Shown here in pieces: positions 47,478 to 57,239 of a stretch of 64,000 bases of DNA. The stretch lies in assembly GCA_052173475.1 (NCBI GenBank), contig JBQMYN010000002.1, positions 9,406-73,405 on the forward strand, in the 5' to 3' direction. This DNA is from Treponema sp. (GTDB lineage: Bacteria > Spirochaetota > Spirochaetia > Treponematales > Treponemataceae). Position numbers and translations under genes: made by a program. The notes below the pieces were generated by a model, which did not search any database, was not told the DNA's origin, and was given only the letters and a program-made list of their open reading frames with translations. The number at the start of each line of letters is the position of its first letter. The stretch's first letter is position 1.

Positions 47478-48743
47478 TTACCGTCCGTGTTTTGCCCAAT
47501 ATCCGGCGGTTTCGTTTTCTTTTGCCATTTTTCTAGCATGTTCTATTTCCTGCATACGCTTAAAATACGCCGTTTGTTTTACCAACTCAAGGGTATCGGT
47601 AATAATAATTTTACTATCGCTGCTTCGGACAATGGGGACGGTTAAAAAGTCAGCAATTGCCTGTGCTGTTGATTCTTTAGGAATGCTGCACATCTTTGTC
47701 AGCTCAAGCGGATTGAATGAGAATACGTGCTCTTTGCCTGCGACCGGCACTATCCGCAATTTCTCCAATTGGATGGTTAGCATATCATACATTTTTTCAA
47801 GATGATTGCTGATGCATGTATTGGCAAGCTGTTTGTACATTGCCCAAATACGGTCTGCAAGGGTAGTGGTTAAGCGGGCAACCAGTTGCGGTTGTGTTGC
47901 AACCATCTGGTTAAAATTCTGCCGGTTTACTGCAAGCAGTTGGCACGGTTCCTCAGTAGTAATCGCAGTTGCTGAACGGGGCTTATTCTCCAGCAGTGCC
48001 ATTTCTCCAAACATATCGCCTTCTTTTAACACGGCAAGCAAAACTTCATTATTATCAACGATTTTTGATATTTTTACATGTCCTTTTTGAATAATATACA
48101 GCTCACCGCCGGATTGACATTCACAAAACACCATCGATTCCTTATTATATGTTCTTACCATCTGTTTAGTATCAGGTTCCAGCATATCAATGGGAGCTTT
48201 TACGCCGGTGGATTTGATTGCCATGAATCGGGAGCGGGCTTTTTCTGCATATTCTCCGTTCGGTTTCTCTTTTAAATAGTGATAATATGCATAAAGAGCA
48301 AGCTCAAACTTGGAAATCCGTAAATAGTATTCGCCAATGTTGAACAGATGTGAAATATCTGTTTCAATATTCCGTTTTAAGGTGATCCGTGTTAATGCTT
48401 CGTCCAAATACCGCATCTTTTTGCTGAATGAATAAATAATCTTCATCGCGATCGGTGTGTTTTTTTCAATAAGCTCAGGGAATTGGGTGTAGTGAACTGC
48501 AATCAATACTACATCGCTTATTGCAATTGCCGTTTCAATTTGGCTATGCCGTGCCATACATGCAACTACTCCAAGAAAATCCCCTGGACCGAGTACATTA
48601 CCGTCTTCTTCAGCAACAATTTCTTGCTTTCTCGCTATTCTTACTTGACCGCTTTGTATAATGTAAAACCGGTCAGTATCTGATTTCCCTTCAATAAGAA
48701 TATATGACTTAGGCTTAAAATTTACAAATGATAACTGAAGCAT
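47478..48743 (-). CDS. Protein with two cyclic-nucleotide-binding domains (Crp/Fnr-like)
   Basis: FYIIQSGQV..GPGDFLG and LYIIQKGHV..GDMFGEMALLENKPRSATA, separated by a TPR-like helix pair. Confidence 0.88.
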   Translation of the reverse strand: MLQLSFVNFKPKSYILIEGKSDTDRFYIIQSGQVRIARKQEIVAEEDGNVLGPGDFLGVVACMARHSQIETAIAISDVVLIAVHYTQFPELIEKNTPIAMKIIYSFSKKMRYLDEALTRITLKRNIETDISHLFNIGEYYLRISKFELALYAYYHYLKEKPNGEYAEKARSRFMAIKSTGVKAPIDMLEPDTKQMVRTYNKESMVFCECQSGGELYIIQKGHVKISKIVDNNEVLLAVLKEGDMFGEMALLENKPRSATAITTEEPCQLLAVNRQNFNQMVATQPQLVARLTTTLADRIWAMYKQLANTCISNHLEKMYDMLTIQLEKLRIVPVAGKEHVFSFNPLELTKMCSIPKESTAQAIADFLTVPIVRSSDSKIIITDTLELVKQTAYFKRMQEIEHARKMAKENETAGYWAKHGR

Positions 48744-48805
48744 TGTATCCCTCTCTTTTTTTACTATCTGATAATATCAGACTGTTCTACAGTATGTATA
48801 GACCT

Positions 48806-49783
48806 TTATGCATTCTGTAGTACGGTTTCTGCAAAAATAATTTCAGGTTCCAGTAAAAAACCTGTCTTTTGAAAGACCGCCTCTTTTGTTTTGGCGATCA
48901 ATGCCTGTACATCGGCAGCAGTAGCTGCTCCTGTATTTACAATAAAATTACCGTGCCAAGGTGCTACTTGCGCACCGCCGATGCGCAAGCCCCGCAGCCC
49001 TGCTTCGTCAATCAATTTGCCGGACGGCTTTCCAAATAAATGGTTGTTCTTAAAAACACTTCCTGCCGACGGTAACCGAAAATGCCCTTTTGATGCTCTA
49101 TCTGCTCTATACCGCTGCATTTCTGCCCGTATTTCATCGGCGTTGCCGTTTTTGACCGTCAAAAGGGCTGCCGTAATAATCTTTCTGCCGTTCTGCACAT
49201 AAGCTTGTTCCGAAGCGTCCTGAAAAGGAGACTTTTTATACCCCCAGTCATCCTGCTGCATTATATAGTGCGCCGCAGTAGTCTTATCATCAGTATATAA
49301 CAAGTAGCGGACTGAATGCAGTACCTCCGATATGGAAAACTCATAACACCGTGCATTCATATACACAGCACCGCCTACAGTACCCGGAAGACCGGCAAAC
49401 CGCTCTAATCCTGTTAAGCTATGCTCGGCGCAATATTCCATTAGTGTGTCGATACTTACCCCTGCTGCTGCTTCTACCGTGTTTTTGCAGGCATGGTACG
49501 TAATGCGCTGTAAACCGCTGGTGTGGATAACCATGCCGCGTATGCCGTCATCGGGGATAAGAATGTTACTGCCCCCGCCGAGCAACAGCACTGGTATTTT
49601 GTTCTTGCCGATATATGTTAATATCCGCAGGAGCGCTTCTTCAGAATCCGGCTTACTATATATATCGGCTTTTCCGCCGATTTTAAAGCTGGTAAATTCT
49701 TTTAAAATAATATTCCATTGAAATCCGTGTTCTTTGCAGAAAGGATCATTGCTTTTTTGCAGAATTTCAGCTACATTTATCAT
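48806..49783 (-). CDS. murB: UDP-N-acetylenolpyruvoylglucosamine reductase
   Basis: TSFKIGGKAD, LGGGSNIL, GLPGTVGGAVYMNA, PSAGSVFKN, HGNFIVN. Confidence 0.97.
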   Translation of the reverse strand: MINVAEILQKSNDPFCKEHGFQWNIILKEFTSFKIGGKADIYSKPDSEEALLRILTYIGKNKIPVLLLGGGSNILIPDDGIRGMVIHTSGLQRITYHACKNTVEAAAGVSIDTLMEYCAEHSLTGLERFAGLPGTVGGAVYMNARCYEFSISEVLHSVRYLLYTDDKTTAAHYIMQQDDWGYKKSPFQDASEQAYVQNGRKIITAALLTVKNGNADEIRAEMQRYRADRASKGHFRLPSAGSVFKNNHLFGKPSGKLIDEAGLRGLRIGGAQVAPWHGNFIVNTGAATAADVQALIAKTKEAVFQKTGFLLEPEIIFAETVLQNA

Positions 49784-49967
49784 GAAGAGCTAGTATATAC
49801 TATATAGCAGCTTTAGAATAGGTGATATGCACATATACCCATGACAAACGCACCGGAACTGTTAGAGCTGTTCCAAAACGAAAGTTCCCGAACAAACTTA
49901 TTGTAAGCCTCTTTCCATTTGTCAAAATTTTAGGTAAAATCTTACGCTATTTTTTTAAGAAAAAAGG

Positions 49968-50010
49968 CCGGGTATCTCTAAAAACTCGGTTGGTTTTTAG
50001 AGATACCCGG
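49968..50010. repeat. Family A hairpin
   Basis: Perfect 18-bp stem CCGGGTATCTCTAAAAAC with a 7-nt loop. Confidence 0.85.
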
Positions 50011-50170
50011 CAGCCGCATGGGGGATACCCTGATGCCATTGCCGAATAAGTGAGAGTAAGACGCGGTGAGTAAAATTAAGTTGTTATCGTATAAAACTTA
50101 ATTTATAGAGAGTAAACCTGTTTGATAACTGAGGTTCTAAACAAGTTGAGTGCTGATACAAGGAGTTTAC

Positions 50171-51634
50171 ATGGCATTACAAGTATACAATACATTTGGT
50201 TACAAGATAGAAGAATTTATTCCGCGGGTAGGTACTACCGTGGGGTTTTACGGCTGCGGACCAACAGTGTATAATTATGCGCATATTGGAAATTTACGCG
50301 CATATATTTTTCAAGATACCCTATGCAGACTGCTCCGTTTTTTAGGGTATACCGTTACTCATGTAATGAATATTACCGATATTGGGCATCTTTCAGGCGA
50401 TTCTGATGACGGCGAGGATAAAATGGTAAAAACTGCACAGGAGCGTGGTCAGAGCGTTTTGGAAATTGCCGGTTTTTATACTGATGCGTTTTTTAAAGAT
50501 ACTGAACGCTTAAATATCCGCCGCCCTGACATTGTGTGCAAAGCAACTGATCATATTGATGATATGATCGCACTTATAAAAAAAATAGAAGAAAATGGAC
50601 ATACCTATTTTGCAGGTGGTAATCTCTACTATGATATAACAACCTTTCCCGAATACGGAGCAATGGCGAATCTTCGACTTGACGAGCTGAAAGCTGGTGC
50701 ACGGATTGCCGTTGATGCAAATAAGCGGAATCCGCATGATTTTGTTTTATGGTTTACAAAAAGCAAGTTTGAGAATCAGGCACTTGTATGGGATTCACCG
50801 TGGGGAACAGGGTACCCCGGCTGGCACATTGAGTGTTCTGCAATGAGTATGAAATATCTTGGTGAGCAATTTGATATTCATACCGGCGGGATTGATCATG
50901 TTAGAATTCACCATACGAATGAAATAGCGCAATCGGAAGGGGCAACTGGTAAAAAGTGGGTAAACTACTGGCTCCATAACGAATTTTTAGTAATGAACAA
51001 AGGAAAAATGTCAAAGTCTGAAGGAAATTTTATAACCCTTGAAAAGGTGATAGAAGCAGGCTATGCTCCGCTTGATTACCGCTTTTTGCTGCTGGGCGGG
51101 CATTACCGCAGTCAGCTTACGTTTTCATGGGAAGCTATGGAAACCGCTAAAAATGCCCGCCGTAATTTAGAGCAGCGTATCGCTCATATTTTGAAAGAAA
51201 TTGATATGCCTGCTTGTACCGGAGATACAGCGGCTATTACCCGTGAAAATGCCCGTGCGATGATTCATTCACCTGAAGCACACGCCTATCTGGATAACTT
51301 TACCCGTGCTATGGAAGAAGATATTTCTACTCCCCGTGCGCTTTCCGTAGTTCAGAATCTGGTAAAAGATAAAACGGTTGCCGCTGATGAAGTTTATACG
51401 CTTATAGTGATTTTTGATACTGTATTGGGACTGAACTTGATTGAAGAAGCACTTTCGCGAAAACCTGCCGACGAATCAGATAATGATGAAGAAATTGAAC
51501 GGCTTATTGCTGAGCGTGCCGCTGCAAAGCAGCAAAAGAATTTCAGTAAAGCTGACGAAATTAGGAATCTCTTGAAAGAGCAAGGGGTTATCGTCGAAGA
51601 TACCGCAAGCGGAACAATTTGGCGGAAGGTGTAA
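50171..51634 (+). CDS. cysS: Cysteine--tRNA ligase
   Basis: CGPTVYNYAHIGN, GYPGWHIECSAMS, KMSKS. Confidence 0.99.
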   Translation: MALQVYNTFGYKIEEFIPRVGTTVGFYGCGPTVYNYAHIGNLRAYIFQDTLCRLLRFLGYTVTHVMNITDIGHLSGDSDDGEDKMVKTAQERGQSVLEIAGFYTDAFFKDTERLNIRRPDIVCKATDHIDDMIALIKKIEENGHTYFAGGNLYYDITTFPEYGAMANLRLDELKAGARIAVDANKRNPHDFVLWFTKSKFENQALVWDSPWGTGYPGWHIECSAMSMKYLGEQFDIHTGGIDHVRIHHTNEIAQSEGATGKKWVNYWLHNEFLVMNKGKMSKSEGNFITLEKVIEAGYAPLDYRFLLLGGHYRSQLTFSWEAMETAKNARRNLEQRIAHILKEIDMPACTGDTAAITRENARAMIHSPEAHAYLDNFTRAMEEDISTPRALSVVQNLVKDKTVAADEVYTLIVIFDTVLGLNLIEEALSRKPADESDNDEEIERLIAERAAAKQQKNFSKADEIRNLLKEQGVIVEDTASGTIWRKV

Positions 51635-51650
51635 CCTTAGGGAGTTTTCA

Positions 51651-52193
51651 TTGTTTACTAAAACAGAGCCTTTAGATGCGCTCTCCGATAAAGATTTTAG
51701 GATAATTTATGATAATGTTCTGCCTGCTCTGTATAAAGTGGCGTATAATATTGTACGGGAACAAGATGCAGCAGAAGATTTGTGCCATGATGCAATGATA
51801 AAAATGACAGAAAAAGGAATGCGTTTTCCGTCATTAAATGATGCAAAGTATTGGCTAATTCGCGTTGTAAAGAATGCATCGCTTAATTATGCGAAACGCC
51901 GTGTGTTGGAACGAAAGGTCTATACCCGTGCCTTTAAGGAAGATAACCGGAAAGTAGAATCAGGAGAGGCAGCACTTCTAAAAGATGAAACCGTGCAGGA
52001 TGTTAAGCGAGCTGTGGAGCAATTACCTGAAAAATTACGGGTTGTATTACAATTATGCGAATATACCGATCTCAATTATAAAGAAATTGGGCGCATTATT
52101 GGTATTAGTGAAGGTAATGTGAAAGTACGGATTTTTAGAGCTCGGGATCAATTGGCAAAAGTTATAGGAGAAGAGAATGTCTACATGCCTTAA
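51651..52193 (+). CDS. ECF RNA polymerase sigma factor (sigma24-like)
   Basis: AEDLCHD..WLIRVVKN region 2; LPEKLRVV..YKEIGRIIGISEGNVKVRIFRAR region 4. Confidence 0.93.
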   Translation: MFTKTEPLDALSDKDFRIIYDNVLPALYKVAYNIVREQDAAEDLCHDAMIKMTEKGMRFPSLNDAKYWLIRVVKNASLNYAKRRVLERKVYTRAFKEDNRKVESGEAALLKDETVQDVKRAVEQLPEKLRVVLQLCEYTDLNYKEIGRIIGISEGNVKVRIFRARDQLAKVIGEENVYMP

Positions 52194-52860
52194 CCATGAA
52201 CTCATTTCTGCGTACATAGATAATGAGGTTCCGTCTGAGTTTTCTGCTATGATTGCGGCTCATCTGGAGGTATGTCCTAAGTGCCGCGCTGTGTATACCG
52301 CCTATCATTCTATAGATACGACAATGAAGCATTTGGGCGATGCAGCACCGATGCCCGATTTTTCTTCATCTTTTGACCGTCTGATGATCCGGCGGGCAGC
52401 GGTCGTCAATGAAAAGCATGAGTCTAATATAGTATCCAGCTGGTTTTATGCTTCAGTGAAAGTACCGGTTCCGCTTATTGCTGCTGCGGTACTCTTATTT
52501 GTTTTGGTGCCGTTATTCTTTTTTTTGAAAATAGAAAGCTCTCTAGGCGCAGCGCAGGATACCTTTAAGCTTGTTATGCCGGTCTCGGTAGAGAAAACAC
52601 TGCGTATTCCTGAGCGGGAGTGCTATGTGTCGCCTGACCTGTCAAGTGAGTCTCTTGCTGTGTATCAATTTCCTTCCAAGGATTTTATAAAGAATACAAA
52701 ACTATTTCCTGTAAGGGAGTTTACGCAGTTCTATCTGAAAAATCCGACCTTTGCCGATTCACAATCGGGTATGCAGAAAAAACTGCCGCTTTCAGAATTT
52801 CCTTTACAGCTTTCTCAAGAAACTACGGCAGAATTTCAGCCGAAAATTATGCATAGGTAG
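52177..52860 (+). CDS. Zinc-binding anti-sigma factor (zf-HC2) with a TM helix
   Basis: ISAYIDNE..HLEVCPKC (HxxxCxxC); overlaps the sigma gene. Confidence 0.88.
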   Translation: MSTCLNHELISAYIDNEVPSEFSAMIAAHLEVCPKCRAVYTAYHSIDTTMKHLGDAAPMPDFSSSFDRLMIRRAAVVNEKHESNIVSSWFYASVKVPVPLIAAAVLLFVLVPLFFFLKIESSLGAAQDTFKLVMPVSVEKTLRIPERECYVSPDLSSESLAVYQFPSKDFIKNTKLFPVREFTQFYLKNPTFADSQSGMQKKLPLSEFPLQLSQETTAEFQPKIMHR

Positions 52861-52921
52861 TACGAACTTTCGTATGGCAGCAAAAATCAGATTAGGTGCT
52901 ATCTCGCGTATGCTATACTGT

Positions 52922-54580
52922 ATGCGTAAATATCCTGCTGTAAGGCTTGGCTTGTTTTTATGCGTCAGTGCAGCTGTGCTAGGCGGGCTGGTGTTTTTTT
53001 CTTCATCAACGATAACTGTTAATACAATACAAAGCGTAGAGCCGCAGCTTGCAGCTCCTGGTGAGCGTGTTACGATTACCGGTGTTCATTTCGGCGGCAA
53101 ATTACCGTATTCGTGGCTCATGGTTGGGCAGCACCGTTTAAAGCCGGAGCAATGTATTTCATGGACTGATACTGAAATTGTATTTGAAGCACCTGATGAC
53201 TTACACGAAGATATTATTTATGCAGTCGTAAAAAATAAACGGGGAAATGCGGTGTTGCTGGTGAATAAGGCAATGCTGCCGGTTGCTGTCCATACTGACG
53301 AAAAAGAAAATGCGCCGGTTATTGAGCGGCTTAGTGCTGCTGAAGGCACTATTGGTGATAGTATTACTATCCAAGGTACGCACTTTGGAAAATTAAAGAA
53401 TACTAGTACGGTGCTGTTTACCGGCAGCAGTTCGCCTGTTTTTTCGTTGGAAGATACTGCGCTCTTAACTGCTGCATCAGAGTGCAGCGAGGCTGATTTT
53501 GACTATGAGGTGTGGAGTGATCGCGAATTAAAAGTACGGGTACCGGATGCAGCCGCATCAGGGGCTATTGTTGTAGTTACTGATAAGGGGGTAAGTAATC
53601 CTATCCCCTTTACCGTAAAAAATAGGCGCGGTAGAAAAAAATATACAGAGACAAGAACGTACCGGCTTACTGCTGAAGTGGAGGTATCTGATTTTGATGC
53701 CGCCGATCCGAATACTTTTTTTCTGCGGGTTCCGGTACCGCAAAAAACGGCGGCGCAGCGGCGGGTGTTTATTTCTGATGTTGTCCCGCAGCCGTTTATC
53801 CTGCATTATCAAGGAGCTACGCTGCACCGCTTTTCTGATGTACACAAAGGGGATAGGGTTCATATTAAGCAAGAGTATGTTGTGAAGCGCAGTGCTGTAG
53901 AAACGGAATTTACAGATTCATCATTTCGCTCTATAGCCCGTCCGCGTAATCCGCTGCTTTATGCAGCCTATACAGAACCGCATACATTGATACCGGCGGA
54001 CAATGAAATAATAAAAAAACTATGTAAGACTATTGTTAAAAATGAGCAAAACCCCTATCATAAAGCATTGCGTATTTACCGTTTTTTAACGCAAGATTTT
54101 AAAATACACGTATACTCAGGTACTGATGCAGGAAGAACTGTTGTTACCGCTGCGGAAGAAAAAAACGGAGACGCGTATGATGCGGCATTACTTTTTTGCG
54201 CACTTGCACGCGCTGCCGGAATACCGGCTATCCCCTCTGCAGGGATAGTTGTGGGCAGCAGTAATATCTCTGTCCGCCATTGGTGGGCGGAATTTTATTT
54301 GGACGGTTTTGGGTGGGTGCCCGTAGACCCTGCAATGGAGCAAGGAATACCCTTTGAAAACGGAACAGCCGATAAAAAAGATCGGTATTTCGGCTATTTG
54401 GATGCTGCCCATATTGTTTTTTCGAGGGGGATTCAGCATCAAAATCCTATGGTGCCGGAGGGAAGAACCGTTGAAAAGATACGCAGTTATGCATTTAGGA
54501 ATATATGGGAAGAAACAACGGCGAGTATTACCGGTTATAGCTCTTTATGGCGTTTGCCGAAAGTAACTGCCGTATATTAG
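52922..54580 (+). CDS. IPT/TIG- and transglutaminase-like-domain protein
   Basis: Two IPT repeats (PGERVTITGVHFG, IGDSITIQGTHFG); ALARAAGIPA..HWWAEFYLDGFGWVPVDP. Start position uncertain. Confidence 0.85.
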   Translation: MRKYPAVRLGLFLCVSAAVLGGLVFFSSSTITVNTIQSVEPQLAAPGERVTITGVHFGGKLPYSWLMVGQHRLKPEQCISWTDTEIVFEAPDDLHEDIIYAVVKNKRGNAVLLVNKAMLPVAVHTDEKENAPVIERLSAAEGTIGDSITIQGTHFGKLKNTSTVLFTGSSSPVFSLEDTALLTAASECSEADFDYEVWSDRELKVRVPDAAASGAIVVVTDKGVSNPIPFTVKNRRGRKKYTETRTYRLTAEVEVSDFDAADPNTFFLRVPVPQKTAAQRRVFISDVVPQPFILHYQGATLHRFSDVHKGDRVHIKQEYVVKRSAVETEFTDSSFRSIARPRNPLLYAAYTEPHTLIPADNEIIKKLCKTIVKNEQNPYHKALRIYRFLTQDFKIHVYSGTDAGRTVVTAAEEKNGDAYDAALLFCALARAAGIPAIPSAGIVVGSSNISVRHWWAEFYLDGFGWVPVDPAMEQGIPFENGTADKKDRYFGYLDAAHIVFSRGIQHQNPMVPEGRTVEKIRSYAFRNIWEETTASITGYSSLWRLPKVTAVY

Positions 54581-54658
54581 ACCTGTTCCGATAACGTCGC
54601 TGCCGAGCAGGTTATTTCAAGGTAATCTGTTCCGAAATGGAAATTTCCGAACAGGTTT
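54580..54658 (-). repeat. Family B element lacking the central hairpin
   Basis: Both terminal hairpins plus the TTTCAAGGTA linker, as in 42973-43092. Confidence 0.75.
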
Positions 54659-54684
54659 AATACTATTTTCAATGAGGAGTTTCT

Positions 54685-55371
54685 ATGGTACGTGTATTAT
54701 CTGTAGGCGGTTCGATTGTTGTACCGCATCAGCCTAATGAAGTATTTTTGAGTCAATTTGCCGTACACATACGGCAATGGCTTTCTGCCGATGCAGCAAG
54801 AAAATTAATAATGGTTGTTGGAGGCGGATACCCTGCCCGTGTGTATCAAACCACGTATAAGAATATTGGCGGTGCGGCAACTTCAAATGATGAAGCTGAT
54901 TGGATAGGCATTATGGCAACACGGTTGAATGCTCAATTACTAAAAGCTATTTTTTCCGATGTATGTCCTAATCCTGTCGTATATGATCCTACAGCGGTTG
55001 AATTATTTTCCGGACAGGTATTGATTGCTGCCGGTTGGAAACCCGGTTTTTCTACTGATAATGATGCGGTTTTGCTTGCAGAACGTTTTTCTGCTCACCA
55101 AGTTATTAATTTATCAAATATTGAAAAAGTGTATACTGATGATCCGAAAAAAAATCCTGACGCAAAGCCGATTGATTCTATTTCGTGGGATGACTTTATT
55201 CAAATGGTAGGAACTGAATGGTCGCCGGGGAAAAATGTTCCTTTTGATCCCGTAGCAAGCGGGCGGGCAAAAAAAGCAGGCATCCAAGTTATCTGCGCAG
55301 GCGGCACTGATTTGGATAACCTTGATAATATCCTTAATGATAAGCCGTTTAAAGGAACCACAATAGGCTGA
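54685..55371 (+). CDS. pyrH: UMP kinase (archaeal-type)
   Basis: [42 protein letters not shown]. Confidence 0.93.
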   Translation: MVRVLSVGGSIVVPHQPNEVFLSQFAVHIRQWLSADAARKLIMVVGGGYPARVYQTTYKNIGGAATSNDEADWIGIMATRLNAQLLKAIFSDVCPNPVVYDPTAVELFSGQVLIAAGWKPGFSTDNDAVLLAERFSAHQVINLSNIEKVYTDDPKKNPDAKPIDSISWDDFIQMVGTEWSPGKNVPFDPVASGRAKKAGIQVICAGGTDLDNLDNILNDKPFKGTTIG

Positions 55372-55372
55372 C

Positions 55373-55864
55373 ATGATGGATTATTACGAAGTGTTAGGAG
55401 TAAGCAGAGGTGCTTCCGATGAAGAAATTAAAAAGGCATTCCGCGCGAAAGCATTGCAGTATCATCCTGATAAAAATCAGGGAAATGCTGCCGCAGAAGA
55501 AATGTTTAAGAAAATAAATGAAGCGTATTCTGTACTTTCTGATAAGAATAAGCGGGCTGCTTACGATGCCGGAGCCGGTACTGATAATCGGCAGCGGGGC
55601 TATCATACCGGACAAAGCACTCATTACTACTATAGCTCGCCTTTCGGCAGCAGCTTTTATGAAGAACCTGAAGAAGAATCATTCTTTTCTGAATCCGGAC
55701 GATTCTCTTCGGATATGTTCCGGAAAAAGAAGACAAACAACTCATCAGGCTTATACGGCTGTGTGCTTATTGTGTTTGTCTTTTTATACATCTTTTTTAT
55801 GCTGTCTTATGGTTCCATATATTTCTTATGGAAGCTCATAGCACTCTTGTTCTGGCGTTTCTAG
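55373..55864 (+). CDS. DnaJ-domain membrane protein
   Basis: [25 protein letters not shown]-terminal TM helix. Confidence 0.9.
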   Translation: MMDYYEVLGVSRGASDEEIKKAFRAKALQYHPDKNQGNAAAEEMFKKINEAYSVLSDKNKRAAYDAGAGTDNRQRGYHTGQSTHYYYSSPFGSSFYEEPEEESFFSESGRFSSDMFRKKKTNNSSGLYGCVLIVFVFLYIFFMLSYGSIYFLWKLIALLFWRF

Positions 55865-56079
55865 CGCTCACGGAAAATAATTCTTCCTCGATTAAGATCA
55901 TAGGGAGAGAGTGCTACTTTTACGCTGTCGCCCGGTACAATGCGGATATAATGTTTGCGCATTTTGCCTGATAGATGAGCTAAAATAATATGTCCGTTTT
56001 TTAATTCGACACGGAACATTGTGTTAGGAAGGGCTTCTTTAACGATCCCTTCTACTTCAATTGCTTCTTCTTTTGCCAC
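55861..56079 (-). CDS. infA: Translation initiation factor IF-1
   Basis: GTG start after [34 protein letters not shown], 72 aa. Confidence 0.98.
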   Translation of the reverse strand: MAKEEAIEVEGIVKEALPNTMFRVELKNGHIILAHLSGKMRKHYIRIVPGDSVKVALSPYDLNRGRIIFRER

Positions 56080-56223
56080 GATTCCTCCGAAAAATAAGAG
56101 CGTTGATAATAGAACTTGCGTATTTTTTATAATTTTTGAAAGTCCCATTTGATTTTTTTTAAAATCACGCGTATAATCTTAAAGTCTATCCGTTTATTTG
56201 TCAACTAATGTAAAGGAGTTATT

Positions 56224-56589
56224 GTGCAAATGGAAAAAGATTTTTATCAGGAAATGAAAGAGGAACTACACGAATGCAAGGCGGAACTTATCAAAACACT
56301 TGCATCGAATAGCGAGGATTTCCGTCAAATTATTGAAGCGGTTGATCCAAAAGATTTCGGTGATATTGCTTCTGATGATACCGATAGAAAAATGCTTGAA
56401 TTTATGGGTGAAAAAGATATAAAACGGATGCAGCTTATTGAATCCGCTTTGGCCCGTATTGAGCAGGGAAAATACGGTAAATGTATAAAATGCGCAAAGA
56501 AAATACCGGAAGATAGACTGCGGGCAATACCCTATGCCTTGATGTGTATTGAATGTCAGACGGAAACCGAGCGGCGGAAAAGACGCTAA
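56224..56589 (+). CDS. dksA: DksA/TraR C4 zinc-finger protein
   Basis: DFGDIAS, YGKCIKCAKKIPEDRLRAIPYALMCIECQ. Confidence 0.88.
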   Translation: MQMEKDFYQEMKEELHECKAELIKTLASNSEDFRQIIEAVDPKDFGDIASDDTDRKMLEFMGEKDIKRMQLIESALARIEQGKYGKCIKCAKKIPEDRLRAIPYALMCIECQTETERRKRR

Positions 56590-56684
56590 TCGCCTTATAT
56601 GAATGTCTAAACACTGAGTTTTAGAAAATAGGCTTGTTCGGCAACGCAGTTATCGAACATGTCTAATGTAAAAGGAGGACTTCG

Positions 56685-57239
56685 GTGAAGAAAGCTTTTA
56701 TTTGTGTAGCGGATGGATTTGAAGAAGTTGAAACTATTACCCCTGTCGATTATTTGCGGCGGTGCGGGATAGATGCTGTATTGATTGGCTTGGAAACCAA
56801 TACGGTACGATCTTCACGAGGTTTGACGATCCGGTGCGATACAGTGCTGTCTGAAGTAATCCCGTATGCAAAAGAGACTGCACTTGTGGTATTGCCCGGC
56901 GGACTTCCAAATAGCGAGACACTGGGAAAAAGTACACAGCTGCGATCGTTTATCGAGACTGTGTATGAAAGCGGGGGAATTATCGCGGCAATTTGTGCTG
57001 CCCCTTGTTTTACACTAGGTGCATGGGGATTATTAGACGGGAAAAAGTTTACCTGCTATCCGGGTATGGGAACAGAATTACTGACAAAACCGATTACTGA
57101 TGTGCGTGTAGTCCGGGATGATCGTATTATTACTGCTTGCGCTGCCGGGGCTGCTGAAGAATTTGCCTTTGCCTTAGTTGAGTCATTGTGCGGAGAATCC
57201 GTACTTACAACCCTTAAAGCGGCAATTGCCGCACGGTAA
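56685..57239 (+). CDS. DJ-1/PfpI (ThiJ/YajL) family protein
   Basis: DGFEEVE, VLPGG, AAICAAP, TCYPG. Confidence 0.92.
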   Translation: MKKAFICVADGFEEVETITPVDYLRRCGIDAVLIGLETNTVRSSRGLTIRCDTVLSEVIPYAKETALVVLPGGLPNSETLGKSTQLRSFIETVYESGGIIAAICAAPCFTLGAWGLLDGKKFTCYPGMGTELLTKPITDVRVVRDDRIITACAAGAAEEFAFALVESLCGESVLTTLKAAIAAR